The notes beneath the pieces are model-generated. The model had not been told where the DNA came from. It did not search any database and worked only from the letters and a program-made list of their open reading frames with translations. A program made the position numbers and the translations under genes. From Balanoglossus misakiensis (Eukaryota; Animalia; Hemichordata), in the NCBI GenBank assembly GCA_040954595.2, contig CM082579.2, positions 16,034,550 through 16,098,549 on the forward strand: a DNA stretch of 64,000 nucleotides, written 5' to 3'. Position 1 is the stretch's first letter, and each line of letters begins with the position of its first letter. Of the stretch, positions 46,930-61,700 are shown piece by piece.

Positions 46930-49900
46930 AGCGTTCGTTAGCAACGTTGATCAAGTCAGATTTTCTACGGCATGGCTTTGCTAAAGCCCTGACACTCTAG
47001 AGCAGAAACACGCGTACAGAGACCACGTTGATCGACTAACATTTCCTTCGGCCTGGCACGGCTGATGCCCCGGCACTATATATAGGACACAGACTGGCGT
47101 AAGTTAACAACGGTAATCACGTCGGGTTTCCTACGGCCTGGCTCAGCTGAAGCCCCGGCACTCTAGAGCAGAAACAGGCGTACATTGACCACGTTGATCA
47201 AGTCAGATTTCCTACGGCGTGACTCGGCTGGTGAACCGGCTCTATATGACACAGACTGGCGTAAGTTATCAACGGTGATTACGTCGGATTTCCTACGGCC
47301 TGGTTTAGCTGAAGCCCCGGCACTTTAGAGCGGAAACACGCGTACATTGACCACGATGATCAAGGCAGATCTCCTACGGCCTGGCTCGACTAAAACCCCG
47401 GCACACCATGACAGACACTAGCGTTCGTTAGCAACGGTGATCAAGTCGGATTTCCTTCGGCCTGGCTCTGCAAAAGACCCGACACTCTAGTACAAAGACG
47501 TTGGCTAAGTCGGGCAAACCGAAGAGGGAAAGTCACAGCGGGTCAACACTCGACATTTGTTCGGGTAGGACTGCATTATTGCCTGTCAATTTATAGAGAA
47601 AGCCCGAATTTAACCAGGGCGTTACAAACACCGACGTTAGTTGGGGGCACGGCCTGCAGTACTGCCGGGTAAGCTGACATCAGCGTACCGCATATAATAT
47701 AGGGGGGGGGGGGAAACAGAACGGTTCAATACTACATTTATTAGATATCAGCTAATTTTGGACAATCATCTAAAATCTAAATCATTTTTTCATATTTGGA
47801 TATCTGATGATGTATGAAATTTCCATTATATGTAAAAATGGTGCTGATTATAAAAAATGCACTCTGAATGAACTGATTTAATACAAAATTACGTTTTATT
47901 CGTTTTTGCACCTAAAAGGTCATTTTTAGGCAAAACATTCTTTAATTTTTTTAATTCGGTGACCTGATCATATATAAAGAAAGGCTTGTATGTTAAAAGT
48001 TTTTATGACTTTTAAAAGCAGTGACACTGGCGGCATACAACACGAAAATAACAATTTTAGCCACAATTTGGTCAAAATGGAAAATTTTTCAAAATTACAA
48101 AAAATACCCTTTTCTACATTTTCGGAAATCTGATGGAGTATAGAATGCTCTTCGTATGTATATATCGATACAAATTCCACAAAAGACCGTCTAATTTGGC
48201 TCACTGCAGACAAAATTGCGTTTTACCAAATTTTCCTTCAAAATGTCATTTTTAGAAAAAAAAATAAAAAAACCTTTGTTCTTCGAATTTGGTGCCCCGA
48301 TCATATATGACATGTTGATTGTATGTTAAAAGTTTCGACCACTCCAAAAATGCAGAGATATTGACGGAATTCAAGAAAAAATAGCCATTTTGGCCATATT
48401 TTGACAAAAATGGTAAAATTTTAAAAAATCATAAAAAAATAACTCTTTTCTTCATTTTCGGAAATATTATGGAGCATGAAGTGTCGTTCTCTTGTAAAAA
48501 GTGCTGCAAATTCCAGAAAAGGTGGTATAATTTGAATCACCCAAGACAAAATTACCATTTTCGCCTTTGTTTCGAAACATTGTCTTTTTTACAAAATAAA
48601 TAAGAATAAATTCTTTTCTTAGTTTCAAACGAGTAGAGATACTTTCCACACGGGTTTTCTAACATTGAATTCCCGTTCATCAACTCTGATTTCCTACAGC
48701 ATAAATCGGCTAAAACCCTGACACTCTAGAGCAGAAACAGTTGCACACTGGTAACGTTGAACAAGTCGATTTTTTACGGCCTGGCTCGGCTAAATCTCCG
48801 TCACAATATGACAGACACTAGCGTACGTTAGCAACGGTGATCAAGTCAGATTTTCTACGGCATGGCTTGGATAAAGCCCCGGCAGTCAAGAGCAGAAACA
48901 CGCGTACAGAGACCACGTTGATCAAGTCTGATCTCCTACGGCTTGGCTCGACTAAAACCCCGGCACACTATGACAGACACTAGCGTTCGCTAGCAACGTT
49001 GATCAAGTCAGATTTCCTACGGCATGGCTTTGCTAAAGCCCTGACACTCTAGAGCAGAAACACGCGTACAGAGACCACGTTGATCAAGTCAGATTTCCTA
49101 CGGCGTGACTCGGCTGGTGCACCGGCTCTATATATAGGACACAGACTGGCGTAAGTTAACAACTGTAATCACGTCGGGTTTCCTACGGCCTGGCTCAGCT
49201 GAAGCCCCGGCACTCTAGAGCAGAAACAGGCGTACATTGACCACGTTGATCAAGTCAGATTTCCTACGGCGTGACTCGGCTGGTGCACCGGCTCTATATG
49301 ACACAGACTGGCGTAAGTTATCAACGGTGATTACGTCGGATTTCCTACGGCCTGGTTTAGCTGAAGCCCCGGCACTTTAGAGCGGAAACACGCGTACATT
49401 GACCACGATGATCAAGTCAGATCTCCTACGGCCTGGCTCGACTAAAACCCCGGCACACCATGACAGACACTAGCGTTCGTTAGCAACGGTGATCAAGTCG
49501 GATTTCCTTCGGCCTGGCTCTGCAAAAGACCCGACACTCTAGTACAAAGACGTCGGCTAAGTCGGGCAAACCGAAGAGGGAAAGTCACAGCGTGTCAACA
49601 CTCGACATTTGGTCGGGTAGGACTGCATTATTGCCTGTCAATTTATAGAGAAAGCCCGAATTTAACCAGGGCGTTTCAAACACCGACGTTAGGTGGGGGC
49701 ACGGCCTGCAGTACTGCCGGGTAAGCTGACATCGGCGTACCGCATATAATGTAGGGGAGGGGGGGGGGAACAGAACGGTTCATTACTACATTTATTAAAT
49801 ATCAGCTAATTTTGGACAATCATCTAAAATCTAAATCATTTTTTCATATTTGGATATCTGATGATGTATGAAATTTCCATTATATGTAAAAATGGTGCTG

Positions 49901-52593
49901 ATTATAAAAAATGCACTCTGAATGAGCTGATTTAATACAAAATTGCGTTTTATTCGTTTTTGCACCAAAAAGGTCATTTTTAGGCAAAACATTCTTTATT
50001 TTTTTAATTCGGTGACCTGATCATATATAAACAATTGCTTGTATGTTGAAAATTTTTATGACTTTTAAAAGCAGTGACACTGGCGGCATTCAACACGAAA
50101 ATAACAATTTTAGCCACAATTTGGTCAAAATGGTAAATTTTTGAAAATTACAAAAAATACATGTTTTCTACATTTTCGGAAATCTGATGGAGTATAGAAT
50201 GCTCTTCGTATGTATATATCGATACAAATTCCACAAAAGACCGTCTAATTTGGCTCACTGCAGACAAAATTGCGTTTTACCAAATTTTCCTTGAAAATGT
50301 CATTTTTAGAAAAAAAATAAGAATAAATTCTTTTCTTAGTTTCAAACGGGTAGAGATACTTTCCACACGGGTTTTCTAACATTGAATTCCCGTTCATCAA
50401 CTCAGATTTCCTACAGCATAAGTCGGCTAAAACCCTGAGACTTTAGAGCAGAAACAGTTGCACACTGGTAACGTTGAACAAGTCGATTTTTCTACGGCCT
50501 GGCTCGGCTAAATCTCCGTCACAATATGACAGACACTATCGTACGTTAGCAACGGTGATCAAGTCAGATTTTCTACGGCATGGCTTGGATAAAGCCCCGG
50601 CACTCTAGAGCAGAAACACGCGTACAGAGACCACGTTGATCGACTAACATTTCCTTCGGCCTGGCACGGCTGATGCCCCGGCACTATATATAGGACACAG
50701 ACTGGCGTAAGTTAACAACGGTAATCACGTCGGGTTTCCTACGGCCTGGCTCAGCTGAAGCCCCGGCACTCTAGAGCAGAAACAGGCGTACATTGACCAA
50801 GTTGATCAAGTCAGATTTCCTACGGCGTGACTCGGCTGGTGCACCGGCTCTATATGACACAGACTGGCGTGAGTTATCAACGGTGATGACGCCGGATTTC
50901 CTACGGCATGGTTTAGCTGAAGCCCCGGCACTTTAGAGCGGAAACACGCGTACATTGACCACGATGATCAAGTCAGATCTCCTACGGCCTGGCTCGACTA
51001 AAACCCCGGCACACCATGACAGACACTAGCGTTCGTTAGCAACGGTGATCAAGTCGGATTTCCTTCGGCCTCGCTCTGCAAAAGACCCGACACATTAGTA
51101 CAAAGACGTTGGCTAAGTCGGGCAAACCGAAGAGGGAAAGTCACAGCGTGTCAACACTCGACATTTGGTCGGGTAGGACTGCATTATTGCCTGTCAATTT
51201 ATAGAGAAAGCCCGAATTTAACCAGGGCGTTTCAAACACCGACGTTATTTGGGGGCACGGCCTGCAGTACTGCCGGGTAAGCTGACATCGGCGTACCGCA
51301 TATAATGTAGGGGGGGGGGACAGAACGGTTCAATACTACATTTATTAGATATCAGCTAATTTTGGACAATCATCTAAAATCTAAAGCATTTTTTCATATT
51401 TGGATATCTGATGATGTATGAAATTTCCATTATATGTAAAAATGGTGCTGATTATAAAAAATGCACTCTGAATGAGCTGATTTAATACAAAATTGCGTTT
51501 TATTCGTTTTTGCACAAAAAAGGTCATTTTTAGGCAAAACATTCTTTATTTTTTTAATTCGGTGACCTGATCATATATAAGCAATTGCTTGCATGTTAAA
51601 AGTTTTTATGACTTTTAAAAGCAGTGACACTGGCGGCATTTAACACGAAAATAACAATTTTAACCACAATTTGGTCAAAATGGTAAATTTTTGAAAATTA
51701 CAAAAAATACCTGTTTTCTACATTTTCGGAAATCTGATGGAGTATAGAATGCTCTTCGTATATATATATCGATACCAATTCCACAAAAGACCGTCTAATT
51801 TGGCTCACTGCAGACAAAATTGCGTTTTACCAAATTTTCCTTGAAAATGTCATTTTTAGAAAAATAAAATAAAAAAACCTTCGTTCTTCGAATTTGGTGC
51901 CCTGATCATATATGACATGTTGATTGTATGTTAAAACTTTCGACCACTCCAAAAATGCAGAGATATTGACGGAATTCAAGAAAAAATAGCCATTTTGGCC
52001 ATATTTTGACAAAATGGTACGTTTTTAAATAATCATAAAAAATAAAACTCTTTTCTTCATTTTCGGAAATATTATGGAGCATGAAGTGTCGTTCTCTTGT
52101 AAAAAGTGCTGCAAATTCCAGAAAATGTGGTATAATTTGAATCACCCAAGACAAAATTACCATTTTCGACTTGTTTTCGAAAAATTGTCTTTTTTACAAA
52201 ATAAATAAGAATAAATTCTTTTCTTAGTTTCAAACGGGTAGAGATACTTTCCACACGGGTTTTCTAACATTGAATTCCCGTTCATCAACTCAGATTTCCT
52301 ACAGCATAAGTCGGCTAAAACCCAGACACTCTAGAGCAGAAACAGTTGCACACTGGTAACGTTGAACAAGTCGATTTTTCTACGGCCTGGCTCGGCTAAA
52401 TCTCCGTCACAATATGACAGACACTAGCGTACGTTAGCAACGGTGATCAAGTCAGATTTTCTACGGCATGGCTTGGATAAAGCCCCGGCACTCTAGAGCA
52501 GAAACACGCGTACAGAGACCACGTTGATGAAGTCTGATCTCCTACGGCTTGGCTCGACTAAAACCCCGGCACACTATGACAGACACTAGCGTT

Positions 52594-52780
52594 ATTATTA
52601 TTATTATTATTAAGAATTGTTTAAAATGCGCTACACATACGTCTCAGCGCATTGTGCACAGCTAAAACAGTAGATTAAAAAATACAAGGCTGGTAAAAAT
52701 AGTTAAAAGGCCACAATCGAACACGTTACACATAAAACCGAGTAAAAAGGTATGTTTTCAAATTACGCTTAAAAATATTG
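52594..52780 (-). mobile_element. Second copy of the same truncated L2-like insertion
   Basis: Same truncation point, site and TSD (52588-52593 and 52781-52786); the tail is one TTA shorter. Confidence 0.85.
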
Positions 52781-55700
52781 AGCGTTCGTTAGCAACGTTG
52801 ATCAAGTCAGATTTCCTACGGCATGGCTTTGCTAAAGCCCTGACACTCTAGAGCAGAAACACGCGTACAGAGACCACGTTGATCGACTAACATTTCCTTC
52901 GGCCTGGCACGGCTGATGCCCCGGCACTATATATAGGACACAGACTGGCGTAAGTTAACAACGGTAATCACGTCGGGTTTCCTACGGCCTGGCTCAGCTG
53001 AAGCCCCGGCACTCTAGGGCAGAAACAGGCGTACATTGACCACGTTGATCAAGTCAGATTTCCTACGGCGTGACTCGGCTGGTGAACCGGCTCTATATGA
53101 CACAGACTGGCGTAAGTTATCAACGGTGATTACGTCGGATTTCCTACGGCCTGGTTTAGCTGAAGCCCCGGCACTTTAGAGCGGAAACACGCGTACATTG
53201 ACCACGATGATCAAGGCAGGTCTCCTACGGCCTGGCTCGACTAAAACCCCGGCACACCATGACAGACACTAGCGTTCGTTAGCAACGGTGATCAAGTCGG
53301 ATTTCCTTCGGCCTGGCTCTGCAAAAGACCCGACACTCTAGTACAAAGACGTTGGCTAAGTCGGGCAAACCGAAGAGGGAAAGTCACAGCGGGTCAACAC
53401 TCGACATTTGTTCGGGTAGGACTGCATTATTGCCTGTCAATTTATAGAGAAAGCCCGAATTTAACCAGGGCGTTACAAACACCGACGTTAGTTGGGGGCA
53501 CGGCCTGCAGTACTGCCGGGTAAGCTGACATCGGCGTACCGCATATAATGTAGGGGGGGGGGGGGGCAGAACGGTTCAATACTACATTTATTAGATATCA
53601 GCTAATTTTGGACAATCATCTAAAATCTAAATCATTTTTTCATATTTGGATATCTGATGATGTATGAAATTTCCATTATATGTAAAAATGGTGCTGATTA
53701 TAAAAAATGCACTCTGAATAAACTGATTTAATACAAAATTACGTTTTATTCGTTTTTGCACCTAAAAGGTCATTTTTAGGCAAAACATTCTTTATTTTTT
53801 CAATTCGGTGACCTGATCATATATAAAGAATGGCTTGTATGTTAAAAGTTTTTATGACTTTTAAAAGCAGTGACACTGGCGGCATTCAACACGAAAATAA
53901 CAATTTTAGCCACAATTTGGTCAAAATGGAAAATTTTTCAAAATTACAAAAAATACCCTTTACTACATTTTCGGAAATCTGATGGAGTATAGAATGCTCT
54001 TCGTATGTATATATCGATACAAATTCCACAAAAGACCGTCTAATTTGGCTCACTGCAGACAAAATTGCGTTTTACCAAATTTTCCTTGAAAATGTCATTT
54101 TTAGAAAAAAAAATAAAAAAACCTTTGTTCTTCGAATTTGGTGCCCCGATCATATATGACATGTTGATTGTATGTTAAAAGTTTCGACCACTCCAAAAAT
54201 GCAGAGATATTGACGGAATTCAAGAAAAAATAGCCATTTTGGCCATATTTTGACAAAAATGGTAAAATTTTAAAAAATCATAAAAAATTAACTCTTTTCT
54301 TCATTTTCGGAAATATTATGGAGCATGAAGTGTCGTTCTCTTGTAAAAAGTGCTGCAAATTCCAGAAAAGGTGGTATAATTTGAATCACCCAAGACAAAA
54401 TTACCATTTTCGCCTTTGTTTCGAAAAATTGTCTTTTTTACAAAATAAATAAGAATAAATTCTTTTCTTAGTTTCAAACGAGTAGAGATACTTTCCACAC
54501 CGGTTTTCTAACATTGAATTCCCGTTCATCAACTCTGATTTCCTACAGCATAAATCGGCTAAAACCCTGACACTCTAGAGCAGAAACAGTTGCACACTGG
54601 TAACGTTGAACAAGTCGATTTTTTACGGCCTGGCTCGGCTAAATCTCCGTCACAATATGACAGACACTAGCGTACGTTAGCAACGGTGATCAAGTCAGAT
54701 TTTCTACGGCATGGCTTGGATAAAGCCCCGGCACTCAAGAGCAGAAACACGCGTACAGAGACCACGTTGATCAAGTCTGATCTCCTACGGCTTGGCTCGA
54801 CTAAAACCCCGGCACACTATGACAGACACTAGCGTTCGCTAGCAACGTTGATCAAGTCAGATTTCCTACGGCATGGCTTTGCTAAAGCCCTGACACTCTA
54901 GAGCAGAAACACGCGTACAGAGACCACGTTGATCTACTCACATTTCCTTCGGCCTGGCACGGCTGATGCCCCGGCACTATATATAGTACACAGACTGGCG
55001 TAAGTTAACAACTGTAATCACGTCGGGTTTCCTACGGCCTGGCTCAGCTGAAGCCCCGGCACTCTAGAGCAGAAACAGGCGTACATTGACCACGTTGATC
55101 AAGTCAGATTTCCTACGGCGTGACTCGGCTGGTGCACCGGCTCTATATGACACAGACTGGCGTAAGTTATCAACGGTGATTACGTCGGATTTCCTACGGC
55201 CTGGTTTAGCTGAAGCCCCGGCACTTTAGAGCGGAAACACGCGTACATTGACCACGATGATCAAGTCAGATCTCCTACGGCCTGGCTCGACTAAAACCCC
55301 GGCACACCATGACAGACACTAGCGTTCGTTAGCAACGGTGATCAAGTCGGATTTCCTTCGGCCTGGCTCTGCAAAAGACCCGACACTCTAGTACAAAGAC
55401 GTCGGCTAAGTCGGGCAAACCGAAGAGGGAAAGTCACAGCGTGTCAACACTCGACATTTGGTCGGGTAGGACTGCATTATTGCCTGTCAATTTATAGAGA
55501 AAGCCCGAATTTAACCAGGGCGTTTCAAACACCGACGTTAGGTGGGGGCACGGCCTGCAGTACTGCCGGGTAAGCTGACATCGGCGTACCGCATATAATG
55601 TAGGGGAGGGGGGGGGGAACAGAACGGTTCAATACTACATTTATTAGATATCAGCTAATTTTGGACAATCATCTAAAATCTAAATCATTTTTTCATATTT

Positions 55701-58700
55701 GGATATCTGGTGATGTATGAAATTTCCATTATATGTAAAAATGGTGCTGATTATTAAAAAATGCACTCTGAATGAGGTTATTTAATACAAAATTGCGTTT
55801 TATTCGTTTTTGCACCAAAAAGGTCATTTTTAGGCCAAACATTCTTTATTTTTTTTAATTCGGTGACCTGATCATATATAAACAATTGCTTGTATGTTAA
55901 AAGTTTTTATGACTTTTAAAAGCAGTGACACTGGCGGCATTCAACACGAAAATAACAATTTTAGCCATAATTTGGTCAAAATGGTAAATTTTTGAAAATT
56001 ACAAAAAATACCTGTTTTCTACATTTTCGGAAATCTGATGGAGTATAGAATGCTCTTCGTATGTATATATCGATACAAATTCCACAAAAGACAATCTAAT
56101 TTGGCTCACTGCAGACAAAATTGCGTTTTACCAAATGTTCCTTGAAAATGTCATTTTTAGAAAAAAAAAAAAAAAAAAACCTTTGTTCTTCGAATTTGGT
56201 GCCCTGATCATATATGACATGTTGATTGTATGTTAAAACTTTCGACCACTCCAAAAATGCAGAGATATTGACGGAATTCAAGAAAAAATAGCCATTTTGG
56301 CCATATTTTGACAAAAATGGTAATTTTTTAAAAAATCATAAAAAATTAACTCTTTTCTTCATTTTCGGAAATATTATGGAGCATAAAGTGTCGTTCTCTT
56401 GTAAAAAGTGCTGCAAATTCCAGAAAAGGCGGTATAATTTGAATGACCCAAGACAAAATTACCATTTTCGACTTTTTTTCGAAAAATTGTCTTGTTTTAC
56501 AAAATAAATAAGAATAAATTCTTTTCTTAGTTTCAAACGGGTAGAGATATTTTACACACGGGTTTTCTAACATTGAATTCCCGTTCATCAACTCAGATTT
56601 CCTACAGCACAAGTCGGCTAAAACCCTGACACTCTAGAGCAGAAACAGTTGCACACTGGTAACGTTGAAAAAGTCGATTTTTCTACGGCCTGGCTCGGCT
56701 AAATCTCCGTCACAATATGACAGACACTAGCGTAAGTTAGCAACGGTGATCAAGTCAGATTTTCTACGGCATAGCTCGGATAAAGCCCCGGCACTCTAGA
56801 GCAGAAACACGCGTACAGAGACCACGTTGATCAAGTCTGATCTCCTACGGCTTGGCTCGACTAAAACCCCGGCACACTATGACAGACACTAGCGTTAGTA
56901 AGCAACGTTGATCAAGTCAGATTTCCTACGGCATGGCTTGGCTAAAGCCCTGGCACTCTAGAGCAGAAACACGCGTACAGAGACCACGTTGATCTACTCA
57001 CATTTCCTTCGGCCTGGCACGGCTGATGCCCCGGCACTATATATAGGACACAGACTGGCGTAAGTTAACAACGGTAATCACGTCGGGTTTCCTACGGCGT
57101 GGCTCAGATGAAGCCCCGGCACTCTAGAGCAGAAACAGGCGTACAGTGACCACGTTGATCAAGTCAGATTTCCTACGGCGTGACTCGGCTGGTGCACCGG
57201 CTCTATATGACACAGACTGGCGTAAGTTATCAACGGTGATTACGTCGGATTTCCTACGGCCTGGTTTAGCTGAAGCCCCGGCACTTTAGAGCGGAAACAC
57301 GCGTACATTGACCACGATGATCAAGTCAGATCTCCTACGGCCTGGCTCGACTAAACCCCGGCACACCATGACAGACACTAGCGTTCGTTAGCAACGGTGA
57401 TCAAGTCGGATTTCCTTCGGCCTGGCTCTGCAAAAGACCCGACACATTAGTACAAAGACGTTGGCTAAGTCGGGCAAACCGAAGAGGGAAAGTCACAGCG
57501 GGTCAACACTCGACATTTGTTCGGGTAGGACTGCATTATTGCCTGTCAAATTATAGAGAAAGCCCGAATTTAACCAGGGCGTTTCAAACACCGACGTTAG
57601 TTGGGGGCACGGCCTGCAGTACTGCCGGGTAAGCTGACATCGGCGTACCGCATATAATGTAGGGGGGGGGACAGAACGGTTCATTACTACATTTATTAAA
57701 TATCAGCTAATTTTGGACAATCATCTAAAATCTAAATCATTTTTTCATATTTGGATATCTGGTGATGTATGAAATTTCCATTATATGTAAAAATGGTGCT
57801 GATTATTAAAAAATGCACTCTGAATGAGGTTATTTAATACAAAATTGCGTTTTATTCGTTTTTGCACCAAAAAGGTCATTTTTAGGCCAAACATTCTTTA
57901 TTTTTTTTAATTCGGTGACCTGATCATATATAAGCAATTGCTTGTATGTTAAAAGTTTTTATGACTTTTAAAAGCAGTGACACTGGCGGCATTCAACACG
58001 AAAATAACAATTTTAGCCATAATTTGGTCAAAATGGTAAATTTTTGAAAATTACAAAAAATACCTGTTTTCTACATTTTCGGAAATCTGATGGAGTATAG
58101 AATGCTCTTCGTATGTATATATCGATACAAATTCCACAAAAGACCGTCTAATTTGACTCACTACAGACAAAATTGCGTTTGACCAAATTTTCCTTGAAAA
58201 TTTCATTTTTAAAAAAAAAAATAAAAAAACCTTTATTCTTCGAATTTGGTGCCCTGATCATATATGACATGTTGATTGTATGTTAAAACTTTCGACCACT
58301 CCAAAAATGCAGAGATATTGACGGAATTCAAGAAAAAATAGCCATTTTGGCCATATTTTGACAAAAATGGTAATTTTTTAAAAAATCATAAAAAATTAAT
58401 TCTTTTCTTCATTTTCGGAAATATTATGGAGCATGAAGTGTCGTTCTCTTGTAAAAAGTGCTGCAAATTCCAGAAAAGGCGGTATAATTTGAATGACCCA
58501 AGACAAAATTACCATTTTCGACTTTTTTTCGAAAAATTGTCTTGTTTTACAAAATAAATAAGAATAAATTCTTTTCTTAGTTTCAAACGGGTAGAGATAC
58601 TTTCCACACGGGTTTTCTAACATTGAATTCCCGTTCATCAACTCAGATTTCCTACAGCATAAGTCGGCTAAAACCCTGAGACTTTAGAGCAGAAACAGTT

Positions 58701-61700
58701 GCACACTGGTAACGTTGAACAAGTCGATTTTTCTACGGCCTGGCTCGGCTAAATCTCCGTCACAATATGACAGACACTATCGTACGTTAGCAACGGTGAT
58801 CAAGTCAGATTTTCTACGGCATGGCTTGGATAAAGCCCCGGCACTCTAGAGCAGAAACACGCGTACAGAGACCACGTTGATCTACTCACATTTCCTTCGG
58901 CCTGGCACGGCTGATGCCCCGGCACTATATATAGGACACAGACTGGCGTAAGTTAACAACGGTAATCACGTCGGGTTTCCTACGGCCTGGCTCAGCTGAA
59001 GCCCCGGCACTCTAGAGCAGAAACAGGCGTACATTGACCACGTTGATCAAGTCAGATTTCCTACGGCGTGACTCGGCTGGTGCACCGGCTCTATATGACA
59101 CAGACTGGCGTAAGTTATCAACGGTGATTACGTCGGATTTCCTACGGCCTGTTTTAGCTGAAGCCCCGGCACTTTAGAGCGGAAACACGCGTACATTGAC
59201 CACGATGATCAAGTCAGATCTCCTACGGCCTGGCTCGACTAAAACCCCGGCACACCATGACAGACACTAGCGTTCGTTAGCAACGGTGATCAAGTCGGAT
59301 TTCCTTCGGCCTGGCTCTGCAAAAGACCCGACACTCTAGTACAAAGACGTTGGCTAAGTCGGGCAAACCGAAGAGGGAAAGTCACAGCGGGTCAACACTC
59401 GACATTTGGTCGGGTAGGACTGCATTATTGCCTGTCAATTTATAGAGAGAGCCCGAATTTAACCAGGGCGTTTCAAACACCGACGTTTGTTGGGGGCACG
59501 GCCTACAGTACTGCCGGGTAAGCTGACATCGGCGTACCGCATATAATGTAAGGGGGGGGGGGCAGAACGGTTCAATACTACATTTATTAGATATCAGCTA
59601 ATTTTGGACAATCATCTAAAATCTAAATCATTTTTTCATATTTGGATATCTGATGATGTATGAAATTTCCATTATATGTAAAATTGGTGCTTATTATAAA
59701 ACATGCACTCTGAATGAACTGATTTAATACAAGATTGCGTTTTATTCGTTTTTGCACCAAAAAGGTCATTTTTAGGCAAAACATTCTTTATTTTTTTAAT
59801 TCGGTGACCTGATCATATATAAACAATTGCTTGTATGTTAAAAGTTTTTATTACTTTTAAAAGCAGTGACACTGGCGGCATTCATCACGAAAATAACAAT
59901 TTTAGCCACAATTTAGTCAAAATGGTAAATTTTTGAAATTTACAAAAAATACCTGTTTTCTACATTTTCGGAAATCTGATGGAGTGTAAAATGCTCTTCG
60001 TATGTATATATCGATACAATTTCCACAAAAGACCGTCTAATTTGGCTCACTGCAGACAAAATTGCGTTTTACCAAATTTTCCTTGAAAATGTCATTTTTA
60101 TAAAAAAAAAAAAAAAAACCTTTGTTCTTCGAATTTGGTGCCCTGATCATATATGACATGTTGATTGTATGTTAAAACCCTCGACCACTCCAAAAATGCT
60201 GAGATATTGACGGAATTCAAGAAAAATAGCCATTTTGGCCATATTGTGACAAAAATGGTAAATTTTTGAAAAATCATAAAAAATTAACTCTTTTCTTCAT
60301 TTTCGGAAATATTATGGAGCATGAAGTGTCGTTCTCTTGTAAAAAGTGCTGCAAATTCCAGAAAAGGCGGTATAATTTGAATCACCCAAGACAAAATTGC
60401 AATTTTTCGACTTTTTTTTCGAAAAATTGTCTTTTTTACAAAATAAATAAGAATAAATTCTTTTCTTAGTTTCAAACGGGTAGAGATACTTTCCACACGG
60501 GTTTTCTAACATTGAATTCCCGTTCATCAACTCAGATTTCCTACAGCATAAGTCGGCTAAAACCCTGACACTCTAGAGCAGAAACAGTTGCACACTGGTA
60601 ACGTTGAACAAGTCGATTTTTCTACGGCCTGGCTCGGCTAAATCTCCGTCACACTATGACAGACACTAGCGTTCGTTAGGAACGTTGATCAAGTCAGATT
60701 TCCTACGGCATGGCTTGGCTAAAGCCCTGGCACTCTAGAGCAGAAACACGCGTACAGAGACCGCGTTGATCTACTCACATTTCCTTCGGCCTGGCACGGC
60801 TGATGCCCCGGCACTATATATAGGACACAAACTGGCGTAAGTTAACAACGGTAATCACGTCGGGTTTCCTACGGCCTGGCTCAGCTGAAGCCCCGGCACT
60901 CTAGAGCAGAAACAGGCGTACATTGACCACGTTGATCAAGTCAGATTTCCTACGGCGTGACTCGGCTGGTGCACCGGCTCTATATGACACAGACTGGCGT
61001 AAGTTATCAACGGTGATTACGTCGGATTTCCTACGGCCTGGTTTAGCTGAAGCCCCGGCACTTTAGAGCGGAAACACGCGTACATTGACCACGATGATCA
61101 AGTCAGATCTCCTACGGCCTGGCTCGACTAAAACCCCGGCACACCATGACAGACACTAGCGTTCGTTAGCAACGGTGATCAAGTCGGATTTCCTTCGGCC
61201 TGGCTCTGCAACAGACCCGACACTCTAGTACAAAGACGTTGGCTAAGTTGGGCAATCCGAAGAGGGAAAGTCGCAGCGGGTCAACACTCGACATTTGTTC
61301 CGGTAGGACTGCATTATTGCCTGTCGATTTATCGAGAGAGCCCGAATTTAACCAGGGCGTTTCAAACACCGACGTTTGTTGGGGGCACGGCCTACAGTAC
61401 TGCCGGGTAAGCTGACATCGGCGTACCGCATATAATGTAAGGGGGGGGGACAGAACGGTTCAATACTACATTTATTAGATATCAGCTAATTTTGGACAAT
61501 CATCTAAAATCTAAATCATTTTTTCATATTTGGATATCTGATGATGTATGAAATTTCCATTATATGTAAAAATGGTGCTTATTATAAAACATGCACTCTG
61601 AATGAACTGATTTAATACAAGATTGCGTTTTATTCGTTTTTGCACCAAAAAGGTCATTTTTAGGCAAAACATTCTTTATATTTTTAATTCGGTGACCTGA

